Positions 35,780-44,421 of a stretch of DNA of 64,000 nucleotides are shown in pieces; positions within the stretch are counted from its first letter, which is position 1; each line of letters starts with the position of its first letter. Source of the stretch: a virus (taxonomy: Duplodnaviria; Caudoviricetes); the IMG/VR virus record IMGVR_UViG_3300027971_004105; one strand, given 5' to 3'. The translations under genes were made by a program, and so were the position numbers. Below the pieces are notes generated by a model. It had not been told where the DNA came from, did no database searches, and saw only the letters and a list, made by a program, of their open reading frames with translations.

Positions 35780-36751
35780 ATGGCAAGTTTGAAAAACCTT
35801 ACGGCAACCAAGAACAACAACTTTCCACAAGTGACGGAAACCAATGTGGAATCTGGTCAGATATATAATTTTCAAGCCAACAATTTTGAATCACTGCACG
35901 CAGGCATTTGTTTTCATCCCTGTCAATCAGGCACAGCAATAATTGAGATATGGGGCGCAGGTGGCTCTGGAGCCAAAATGTGCTGTTGTGGATTTGGTAC
36001 TCCTGGTAACCCAGGCGCATACAGTAAAAAAACAGTCACTCTCACATGCTGCGGATATATCACAGGATCACCAGGCATAGCCTGCGGCAATGATGCACTG
36101 TGTTTCAGAGGCTGTTCAGATGCCACTGGAGTGACCATTTATGCCAATGGCAGCAGCACAGGTTGTATGTGTGCTCAAGGTGGCCGAGGCGGAATTTCTT
36201 ATTGCAGCACAGGCACAGATGCCTACTGTTGTTTCACAGCAGGCGGTTTTTATACCACTTTGGGAGTGAACGGCAACTGCGGCATAGTGTGCAACAAATG
36301 TTGTTCAGGTGGATGGTGCGCACTGGCATATGGTGGAGACTTCAACTGTCCAGGCGGATTCAGTTGTGTGAGTTTCCTAGGAGCTTCAGGATCATCTTGT
36401 CCATGCAGCACACATTTTCACATGCAAGGACCAGCAGGATATTTTTCCAAATGCGGAGTGGTGGTGAGTTTCAATTCAGATGACGGCAATGGTTTTGCCA
36501 ACTGGTCAGGACAAGGCCGAAGTCAATATTCTCAAGCACTGGCAGGAGCCAGCAGATGGCCTCAGATGGGATCACATTTTGCTACCTGTTGGGGATTTTC
36601 AGGAGCTTGTGGATGTTATGAAAATGAAGGCTGCATGAATCTATTGCCTCCAGGATTTCCGTCGGCAGGACCACATCCATGTCCAGGTGTGAGAGATCAT
36701 GCCAGCAAAGGTGGCAATGGTGCCATCAGAATTAAATTTATAGCAGGATAA
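35780..36751 (+). CDS. Gly/Cys-rich protein 1 (adhesin-like)
   Basis: 323 aa, 30 Cys by hand count; EIWGAGGSGAKMCCCG, CMCAQGGRGG, PCPGVRDH. Confidence 0.75.
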   Translation: MASLKNLTATKNNNFPQVTETNVESGQIYNFQANNFESLHAGICFHPCQSGTAIIEIWGAGGSGAKMCCCGFGTPGNPGAYSKKTVTLTCCGYITGSPGIACGNDALCFRGCSDATGVTIYANGSSTGCMCAQGGRGGISYCSTGTDAYCCFTAGGFYTTLGVNGNCGIVCNKCCSGGWCALAYGGDFNCPGGFSCVSFLGASGSSCPCSTHFHMQGPAGYFSKCGVVVSFNSDDGNGFANWSGQGRSQYSQALAGASRWPQMGSHFATCWGFSGACGCYENEGCMNLLPPGFPSAGPHPCPGVRDHASKGGNGAIRIKFIAG

Positions 36752-36756
36752 ACATT

Positions 36757-37758
36757 ATGGCCACACTGAGATCATTATTAGAAACCAAACTGTCGTTCCA
36801 GTTGAACGGTTTAGAAAGCAACACTGAAGAAGGTAGAATTTGGGCCTACACTCCAGGCACCACAGTGGGCACCAACTTCTGTTGTGGTGTGTGTTGGATA
36901 TCACCAGGCACAGGCACAGCCACCATTGAGATATGGGGTGCAGGTGGTTCTGGAGCCAAAATGTGCTGCTGCGGATTCGGATTGCCTGGCAATCCAGGTG
37001 CTTATTCTTCAAGAACAGTCAACGTCACCATAGGCTGTTGTATCAGAGGCAACGTGGGATTATCCTGCGGTAACTCAGACGATTTATGTTACAGAGGTAG
37101 ATCAGAAAGCACAGGAGTGTGCTGGCAGGGCAATGGCACCAATGGTTGTATGTGTGCAGAAGGTGGTCAAGGTGGCTACAGCTATTGTTCTACCACTCCA
37201 TCAGCCTATTGCTGCTTTGGAGCCAACGGATTTTGCAACACCAAAACCGCTGGTGAAAACTGCGGAATAATTTGCAACTACAGAGGCGCAGGTTGTGCTG
37301 TGCATGAAGCTCAAGGATACGGCGGCACCTGCAACATGGCAGCTGGATTCAGTTGTGTGAGTTTCTTTGGATGCTTGCCATCATGTCCATGTTCATTTTG
37401 GTATCACACCAGAACACCACCCAAGATGTATGCAGACTGTGGAGCATGGATCACCTACACCAATGATGTGGACAATGGAGCCTACAACTGGAGCGGTGGC
37501 GCTCAGTATGGTTACATACACACATTAGGACTTACTTCGCGCAATCCCACCATGGGCGGTCACTATACATCCTGTTGGAGTGGTGGTCATAGATATTGCG
37601 GTTGCTACAACATGAATGGTTGCATAGCATTTGTGCCACCAGGTCATGCAGGAGCACCACCACATCCATGTCCAGATGTGAGAGATCATGCCTACCGAGG
37701 TGGACATGGTATAATTAGGATTAAATACGTGGGAACAGGATATTTGGGGTTAAACTAA
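36757..37758 (+). CDS. Gly/Cys-rich protein 2 (adhesin-like)
   Basis: 333 aa, 31 Cys by hand count; same motifs as 35780. Confidence 0.75.
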   Translation: MATLRSLLETKLSFQLNGLESNTEEGRIWAYTPGTTVGTNFCCGVCWISPGTGTATIEIWGAGGSGAKMCCCGFGLPGNPGAYSSRTVNVTIGCCIRGNVGLSCGNSDDLCYRGRSESTGVCWQGNGTNGCMCAEGGQGGYSYCSTTPSAYCCFGANGFCNTKTAGENCGIICNYRGAGCAVHEAQGYGGTCNMAAGFSCVSFFGCLPSCPCSFWYHTRTPPKMYADCGAWITYTNDVDNGAYNWSGGAQYGYIHTLGLTSRNPTMGGHYTSCWSGGHRYCGCYNMNGCIAFVPPGHAGAPPHPCPDVRDHAYRGGHGIIRIKYVGTGYLGLN

Positions 37759-38720
37759 TGGCTGGATTAAAAAGTATATTATCATCAAAAGTATCATACA
37801 CAATAACTGAGAACAACCTTGAACAGGGTGTGATCTATGCATTCTCACCCGGCACATTCTACACCAATTACTGCAACGGCTTCTGTTGGAAACCACCAGC
37901 CACAGGTTGTGCCATTGTGGAGATATGGGGTGCTGGTGGCTCAGGATCTCGTATGTGTTGTTGTGGTGGAGGACTGCCCGGCAATGCAGGTGGATATTCA
38001 AGAAAAAGCATAGCAGTGACCACTGCCAACTTTGTGTGTGGCTGTGTGGGCTTTCCCAGATATTCTCATGATTTATGTTTTTCAGGTTGCGGTGATCCCA
38101 GCACAGTGTGTTGGACCAGCACTTCTTCCAATGGTTGCTTGTGTGCCAGAGGTGGCCGAGGTGGCACCAGTTTCTGCAGCACTGGTACCAGCATGTTCTG
38201 TTGCTACAGAGCCAACGGATTTTGTAGTTTTGGACCCATCAACGACAACTGCGGCATTGTGTGCAATCATTGTTCAGGTGGTTGGGAATCACTGGCATAC
38301 GGTGGTGACATCAACTGCTGCGGCACCATAGGTTGTACATCATTTTTAGGTTGCTATCCCACATGTCCTTGTCAAACACATCATCATGCTCCTCTGCCAG
38401 CCTACATATTTGCAGAAAAAGGCGCTAGAGTGAGTTTTCAAACATCAGACGGACAAGCCAACACAAGTGGTATGTCAGGCAGTCAGCTGCCTGCTTATCT
38501 ACAATCACTGGCAGCACTCAGCAAACAGCCTACCAGAGGCACTTTCAACTCCTATTGTTGGGTATCAAACAGATCCTGCGGATGTTATGAGATGCAAGGA
38601 TGTTCACCATTTTTACCCATAGGCGCAGGTGGTCTACCTCCACAACCTTGTCCAGATGTGAGAGATCATGGAATCAGAGGCGGCTGGGGTGGCATGCGTA
38701 TCAGATTTATAGCAAGTTAA
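37758..38720 (+). CDS. Gly/Cys-rich protein 3 (adhesin-like)
   Basis: 320 aa, 31 Cys by hand count; same motifs; TAATG coupling to the previous gene. Confidence 0.75.
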   Translation: MAGLKSILSSKVSYTITENNLEQGVIYAFSPGTFYTNYCNGFCWKPPATGCAIVEIWGAGGSGSRMCCCGGGLPGNAGGYSRKSIAVTTANFVCGCVGFPRYSHDLCFSGCGDPSTVCWTSTSSNGCLCARGGRGGTSFCSTGTSMFCCYRANGFCSFGPINDNCGIVCNHCSGGWESLAYGGDINCCGTIGCTSFLGCYPTCPCQTHHHAPLPAYIFAEKGARVSFQTSDGQANTSGMSGSQLPAYLQSLAALSKQPTRGTFNSYCWVSNRSCGCYEMQGCSPFLPIGAGGLPPQPCPDVRDHGIRGGWGGMRIRFIAS

Positions 38721-38733
38721 TATAATATGTTGA

Positions 38734-38748
38734 TAAATACACTAAATA
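38734..38748 (+). promoter_or_regulatory. Tandem TAAATA motifs (38734-38739, 38743-38748)
   Basis: Intergenic; SD GAGGA before ATG 38766. Confidence 0.55.
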
Positions 38749-38765
38749 GCACAGAGGAATAAAAT

Positions 38766-39419
38766 ATGATAAACAAAAATTTCACAATACCTTTGGCAGA
38801 TGAGCCATATCTAGATACCACCACACAGAATAAAACATACCCTGCCACCTACACAGGCCCAAGATATTTAAAAGTGTGTGTGGATAAAGAAACCAAAATA
38901 GTGGAAAGATATGTGGCTGGTGCTGACACCATGGATGGCCTAAGTGCAATCATCGCTATTGAAGAAGCTGAAAAAATGTATCAAATTTTAAATGCAGAAA
39001 CACACACATTTGAAGCTGCTTATCTCACAGGCATGTACACCACCGGACCAGTGGAGAATTATACAGAAACACTGCCAACCAAAGATGCTGAAGGAGTGGA
39101 TGAAACTTTTGAATATGTTTGGAACGACAACACAGGAATGATTTCACAACAGTATTACAACATAGATTTAAAATTTGTAAACGGAGCATATGTAAGACCT
39201 AGATTTAGAACTCATGCACTGACCAGAGCAAGTTTTTTAGCCAGTTTGGTTGTGCAGGCCACAGCAATTGAAGCTGCCATTGAAAGCAACGAAACACTGT
39301 CTGATGCAGACATTGCCCAACTGGAAACCTATGTGACCTGGTTGAGAAATGTACCTACCAAATATGCAAATGTCAAGCATTGGAAAATTCCATTCAAAAT
39401 CACAGTACCAATTTACTAG
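38766..39419 (+). CDS. Putative tail-fibre assembly chaperone
   Basis: C-terminal YVTWLRNVP...WKIPF resembles the (Y/W)RQALRDLP...WP motif of phage tail assembly chaperones; follows fibre-tip-like genes. Confidence 0.5.
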   Translation: MINKNFTIPLADEPYLDTTTQNKTYPATYTGPRYLKVCVDKETKIVERYVAGADTMDGLSAIIAIEEAEKMYQILNAETHTFEAAYLTGMYTTGPVENYTETLPTKDAEGVDETFEYVWNDNTGMISQQYYNIDLKFVNGAYVRPRFRTHALTRASFLASLVVQATAIEAAIESNETLSDADIAQLETYVTWLRNVPTKYANVKHWKIPFKITVPIY

Positions 39420-39429
39420 TCAAGAATAA

Positions 39430-39459
39430 TTCACAACAAAATCACTGTTGATATATAAT
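39430..39459 (+). promoter_or_regulatory. sigma70-like promoter TTCACA-N18-TATAAT
   Basis: Perfect -10 at 39454-39459, 5/6 -35 at 39430-39435; no TAAATA in this gap. Confidence 0.5.
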
Positions 39460-39490
39460 ACTGTGTGTAAATTCGCACAGTATTACATAT

Positions 39491-40435
39491 ATGAATAGAT
39501 CCAAAGCATTTTTTTTAAACGGAGGTATTGGCCGAATTTTGTGTGCTATTCCTGCACTGGAAAAATACGCAGAAGAATCGGGCGATAAAGATTTTTTAGT
39601 CATTTGCGAAGGAGCTGTGGACATACTCAAAGGTCATCCCATACTGGATCAAAAAACCTACGATATTTTTCATAAAAATTTATTTCATTCTAAATTACAA
39701 TCCAGAGAAATAGTAAGTTTGGAGCCTTATAGAGTTTGGGAATATTACAATCAAAAATGCAATCTATCTCAGGCTTTTGATATATTGATCAACGCCAAAG
39801 GAGTGAGGTCATTGCCCAAACCCACCATCCATCTCAGCAAGGAAGAAACTGCTCAAGGACAAAAATTGATGGAAGAAATCAAAGCAAAAATTAAAAAAGA
39901 TAAAGCCATTGTGTTTCAACCATTTGGCAGAGGCGTAGAGCACATGGATAAAACTCTTTTGGATAAAACTGGACGCAGTTTTGAATACAAAGATGTTAAG
40001 AACTTGATACGAAAACTACAAAAAGAAAACTTTGCAGTGATACTGATGTCAGAATTTGGCATGGATCTTAAGGATCAAAAATACACAGATGATGTGGCCA
40101 TGCCCGAAGGATTGAATCTAAGAGTGTGGACAGCACTGATCAAACAAGCTGATCATTTCTTAGGCTGTGACAGTGTGGGTCAGCACTTGGCCTACATAGT
40201 AGGCACCACTTCCACTGTGGTATTGGGACCTACCTATCCCGTCAATACCACTTATCCCGATTGTGACTATTTTAACATAATGGATATGGGAGAAATAGAT
40301 AGGGAGTATGATCCAATTAGAATCACCATGGACGAAAGAATTGCTAGAAAAAATGAAATATTGATGTCTATGAACGAAGAGATTGAAGACTATGTGATCA
40401 ACGGAGTAATGAGAAGAAATCAAGATGACAAGTAA
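39491..40435 (+). CDS. GT9-like (heptosyltransferase-like, GT-B) glycosyltransferase 1
   Basis: N-terminal NGGIGRILC (cf. GIGD motif), IVFQPFG, C-terminal DHFLGCDSVGQHLA..VG...TVVLGPT. Confidence 0.65.
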   Translation: MNRSKAFFLNGGIGRILCAIPALEKYAEESGDKDFLVICEGAVDILKGHPILDQKTYDIFHKNLFHSKLQSREIVSLEPYRVWEYYNQKCNLSQAFDILINAKGVRSLPKPTIHLSKEETAQGQKLMEEIKAKIKKDKAIVFQPFGRGVEHMDKTLLDKTGRSFEYKDVKNLIRKLQKENFAVILMSEFGMDLKDQKYTDDVAMPEGLNLRVWTALIKQADHFLGCDSVGQHLAYIVGTTSTVVLGPTYPVNTTYPDCDYFNIMDMGEIDREYDPIRITMDERIARKNEILMSMNEEIEDYVINGVMRRNQDDK

Positions 40436-42239
40436 GCCTTCAGGTTATATTGCTGCCATTGCTAGAGGACACAATGCCGGAGTGTGTTTGTTAAAAGATG
40501 GCAACGTTGTTTTTTCCATAGAAGAAGAAAGATTAAGTAGACAAAAATATGATGGCGGACCTTATGCCAGCATGATGGAAATATTAAAATACACTGACAA
40601 AATAGATTATTTGATTGTGGCTCACACACAAAAACTCAAAGACACAGCAGGCAAAGTGGATTTTACAGGTGATGACGTGTACACTGGACTGGCACGTAAA
40701 ATGGGATTGATTGATAGAACAGCTGATCCTCACAACCATCCTCAAGTGATTGATCTCAGTCACATACATCACAAATTACATGCTGCATGTGCTTTTTACA
40801 GATCTGGTTGGGAAAGTGCTGTGTCGGTGATTGTAGATGGTGCTGGAACATTCATTGGCATTAATAATAATATTCAAGGACAGACCACTGTTTGGGAAGT
40901 GGAATCAATTATAAATTGTGCATATCCTTCAAACTTTCATTCATTGTACAAACATTATGCCACTCGTGATGCTATGATTGGTGCAATATTAAAAAATTTT
41001 CCTTCGGACATTACTGACGAAGCTGGTAAAACTCACGAAGCAATATTCAGTGACAGAGCCGGCATAGTAAAAGTATACGAAGCTGTGACACAATATTGTG
41101 GATTCCAAGCAATTGAAGCAGGCAAAACCATGGGATTATTTCCCTATGGCAAACCCAATGATAAAATTCCGCAATTATTTGAAACTGAAGGAAAATCACC
41201 TTTGTCCAATAGAAATTTAATTGTACCAACCTACCCTAGTGCAGCGTTAGTGAACGCTCTTATTTTTGATTATCTGGAAGATGAAATAGGAAAATCTCAT
41301 GATGATGTAACATTATTACAAAATCGTAGAGATTTGGCTTATGCTTGCCAAACACAAACTCAAGAACAAGTTTTAAAATTAATTCGTAAAGCAGTGTCCA
41401 TGAGCAACAATAAGAGAGTGGTGTTGTCAGGAGGATATGGATTAAATTGTGTGGCCAACTATTATTATTTAGAACATTTGAAAGAAGAAGGAATTGAACT
41501 GTATGTGGAACCAACTTCCAACGATGCTGGCACAGCAATGGGTGCAGCATTGATGTTCTATCATCAGATATTTGCTGACAAAACTCCAAAAGTGCATAAC
41601 ACATTATACTTGGGTCCTATAAGAGAATACACATTGGCAGACATTGAAAAAAGAGCCAGCATCAGTGAAAATAAAAATGTTAAAATAACAGATGCCACAC
41701 ACAAAGATATAGTAAAACTTTTAAAATCAAAAAATATAGTGGCCATGTTCCAAGGTAGATCAGAAAACGGTCCTAGAGCATTGGGCAATAGATCCATATT
41801 GTTTGACCCAACATTCAAAGATGGCAAAGATTTTGTAAATCTAGTTAAAAAGAGAGAATACTTCCGTCCATTTGCTGGAACTATATTGCAAGATGATGTG
41901 CATGAATGGTTTGATTTGCGTGGCATGAAAGATTCTCCGTTTATGATGTATGCTGTGAATTGTCAACCAGGTGTTGAAGAAAAAATTCCTGCAATTATTC
42001 ATGTGGATGGCACTTGTAGAATACAAACAGTTACTGAAGAACAAAATAAACATTATTATGATTTAATTAAAACATTCAAAGATGAAACAGGTATACCTAT
42101 ATTATTCAATACTTCATTTAATTTGGGTGGTGAACCTTTGGTTGAAACTTTGGATGATGCATTTAGAACTCTAGAAAATTCCAAAATTGAATATCTATAC
42201 TTGCCCGAGCATAAAAAATTAATACACATGCCGAATTAA
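40425..42239 (+). CDS. O-carbamoyltransferase, NodU/CmcH/TobZ family
   Basis: HNAG..L.KDG, EEERLSRQKY, HHKLHAACAF, DGAG, EAGKTMGL, LSGGYGLNCVAN, DAGTAMG, ENGPRALGNRS, REYFRPFA, HVDGTCRIQTV, NTSFNLGGEP. Confidence 0.93.
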   Translation: MTSKPSGYIAAIARGHNAGVCLLKDGNVVFSIEEERLSRQKYDGGPYASMMEILKYTDKIDYLIVAHTQKLKDTAGKVDFTGDDVYTGLARKMGLIDRTADPHNHPQVIDLSHIHHKLHAACAFYRSGWESAVSVIVDGAGTFIGINNNIQGQTTVWEVESIINCAYPSNFHSLYKHYATRDAMIGAILKNFPSDITDEAGKTHEAIFSDRAGIVKVYEAVTQYCGFQAIEAGKTMGLFPYGKPNDKIPQLFETEGKSPLSNRNLIVPTYPSAALVNALIFDYLEDEIGKSHDDVTLLQNRRDLAYACQTQTQEQVLKLIRKAVSMSNNKRVVLSGGYGLNCVANYYYLEHLKEEGIELYVEPTSNDAGTAMGAALMFYHQIFADKTPKVHNTLYLGPIREYTLADIEKRASISENKNVKITDATHKDIVKLLKSKNIVAMFQGRSENGPRALGNRSILFDPTFKDGKDFVNLVKKREYFRPFAGTILQDDVHEWFDLRGMKDSPFMMYAVNCQPGVEEKIPAIIHVDGTCRIQTVTEEQNKHYYDLIKTFKDETGIPILFNTSFNLGGEPLVETLDDAFRTLENSKIEYLYLPEHKKLIHMPN

Positions 42240-42240
42240 T

Positions 42241-43191
42241 ATGAACAAAGCATTTTTTATTAACGGAGGAGCAGGTAGAACATTGTGTTCAGTGCCAGCA
42301 CTAGAAAATTATGCCAACGATAATCCCAATGATGATTTTATTATTGTGTGTGAAGGTGGCACTGATTTCTACAAAGGACATCCTAAATTACATTTTAGAG
42401 CGTATGATGTTTGGCACAAGAATCTATTCAATGAATACTTAAAAGATAGACAACTGATAACTCCTGAACCATACAGGGTTTGGGAATACTACAATCAAAA
42501 ATGTAATATTGCACAAGCATATGACATAGAGATTAATGGCAAAGGACTACGCACATTAGAAAAACCCAAAATTTATCTTTCCAAAGAAGAACTGATCATG
42601 GCAAGACAGATGATTAAAGAAATAAAAGAAACCACTAAAAAAGAAAAAATAGTAGTGTTTCAACCTTTTGGTAGAGTATCTAAAAAAGACAACGATAGTT
42701 TTATAGATGTGAGTGGTAGAAGTTTTGAATTGGAAAACATTATCAATCTAATTAGACAGTTGGGCAAACAATATGCTGTGATGGTGATGTCAGAATTTCC
42801 CATAGATTTTAGTAAACATCAGATAAATTTTCCAGTGGCTGTGCCTCAGAATATACATATAAGAATTTGGAGTGCTGTGATAAAAATGTGTGATCATTTC
42901 TTAGGCTGTGACAGTTTGGGCCAACATCTTGCACATGCTTTTGACAAAACAGCCACAGTGGTATTTGGTTCAACATTTCCCAATAATGTTTCTTATCCAG
43001 ACAATAATAAATTTGATATCATTGACATGAACAAAGACAGTAGAATTTACAGTCCTATACGCATAACCATGGATGAATATGCTGACAGAGCCAATGAAGA
43101 TGCTATGAAAATGGACAAAGAAGTGGAAAATAGAATTATGCAATCTGTCAACAGCATGATCAAACACGGCTACAAAAAGAATAAAAAATAA
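42241..43191 (+). CDS. GT9-like glycosyltransferase 2, paralogue of 39491
   Basis: NGGAGRTLC, EPYRVWEYYNQKCN shared with 39491, DHFLGCDSLGQHLA. Confidence 0.65.
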   Translation: MNKAFFINGGAGRTLCSVPALENYANDNPNDDFIIVCEGGTDFYKGHPKLHFRAYDVWHKNLFNEYLKDRQLITPEPYRVWEYYNQKCNIAQAYDIEINGKGLRTLEKPKIYLSKEELIMARQMIKEIKETTKKEKIVVFQPFGRVSKKDNDSFIDVSGRSFELENIINLIRQLGKQYAVMVMSEFPIDFSKHQINFPVAVPQNIHIRIWSAVIKMCDHFLGCDSLGQHLAHAFDKTATVVFGSTFPNNVSYPDNNKFDIIDMNKDSRIYSPIRITMDEYADRANEDAMKMDKEVENRIMQSVNSMIKHGYKKNKK

Positions 43192-43204
43192 AATTATTTT
43201 AAGG

Positions 43205-43210
43205 TAAATA
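43205..43210 (+). promoter_or_regulatory. TAAATA motif 5 nt before ATG 43216
   Basis: ggTAAATAcacacATG; no SD. Confidence 0.65.
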
Positions 43211-43215
43211 CACAC

Positions 43216-43632
43216 ATGTTCAATGTAAACAACTTGTTTGGCAAGGGTGTAAAGAATACTCTACTGTTAAAAAATGGTTTAAATTTTTCAGTGGGAGGTC
43301 CTTTTACCAGTGTGCAAACAGACACATTAATAGATAGATGGCAATTCACATCTGTATCAGCTGCTGAGTACACCATGATGGTGGACTATGATACCAACAA
43401 CAAAGAAATTATAAGATGTTTGCTGGTGGGTGGACCAAACGCTGCCACAGTGACCATATATGGTCGTGGAAATCTTGGCAATGAATTAATCACCCTTACT
43501 GCCACTGTAAACGATTCATATGTGGAGTTACGAGCCACTGCTGCACAAGGTGCTGACAGCACCATATACTATGGTTCTAAATGCATCTTCCAAGCCACCT
43601 ATTTCGAAACTCTTAATCCTATCACACGTTAA
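43216..43632 (+). CDS. Hypothetical beta-rich virion-associated protein, 138 aa
   Basis: Intact ORF after a late motif. Confidence 0.6.
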   Translation: MFNVNNLFGKGVKNTLLLKNGLNFSVGGPFTSVQTDTLIDRWQFTSVSAAEYTMMVDYDTNNKEIIRCLLVGGPNAATVTIYGRGNLGNELITLTATVNDSYVELRATAAQGADSTIYYGSKCIFQATYFETLNPITR

Positions 43633-43676
43633 AATAGCAGCTGGTTTTAGATAAATACACTAAAAACTAGACATTT

Positions 43677-44387
43677 ATGCCAGTAGTTAATAATCCATTA
43701 AAATCGTTGTATGGCTTTCAAAGTCCATCATTCAGCGTGAATGCTGCAGGCAATCTTGTGGCCAACAACATTACCACCAACAATATCACAGCCAACAGTA
43801 TATCAGTGATTGATATTGACTCCACAGGCACCAGCACTCTTACAGATTTATTGGTCACAGGTTCTACAGAATTGCAAAACACTTTGGCAGTGGATGGTGA
43901 TTCCATTTTTAATTCCACAGTATCCATCACAGATTCAACTGCTGCCACTTCACTGGTAGCGGCTGCTTTGATTGTGACCGGAGGAGTGGCCATACAAAGC
44001 AATTTGAGAGTCAACAGCGATATCAACATAGGTCAAAATTTATTAGCACAGAACAATGTGCAAGCCAACAATTCTTTGGTGTCCAACAGTATCACCACTG
44101 TGGATGATGGCAGCACTTTGAGCGATCTCACCATTGAACCTTTGGGTGATGTGATTTTTAGAACTGCCAGTCAAAGTGTGGAAGTGGGCAGAATAGATGC
44201 CACAGGATCCAACTTGCCTGTGCAAAACACCACCATCAACAATACCACCATAGGATTAACTGTGGCCAGCACTGCTGCTTTTGTCAGCGGCACTGTGGTG
44301 AATACTCCCACCAATGCAGCCAATATCACCAGAAAAGACTACGTGGATCGTACTGCTGTGGCTTTTGCTGTGGCTTTGGGAGCATAG
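43677..44387 (+). CDS. Fibre-like structural protein, 236 aa
   Basis: Thr/Ser/Asn-rich beta repeats, ALIVTGGVAI and RKDYVD motifs, C-terminus AFAVALGA; TAAATA at 43652-43657. Confidence 0.6.
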   Translation: MPVVNNPLKSLYGFQSPSFSVNAAGNLVANNITTNNITANSISVIDIDSTGTSTLTDLLVTGSTELQNTLAVDGDSIFNSTVSITDSTAATSLVAAALIVTGGVAIQSNLRVNSDINIGQNLLAQNNVQANNSLVSNSITTVDDGSTLSDLTIEPLGDVIFRTASQSVEVGRIDATGSNLPVQNTTINNTTIGLTVASTAAFVSGTVVNTPTNAANITRKDYVDRTAVAFAVALGA

Positions 44388-44421
44388 GTAAATACAATGT
44401 CTAAACACAACTCTGTAAAAA

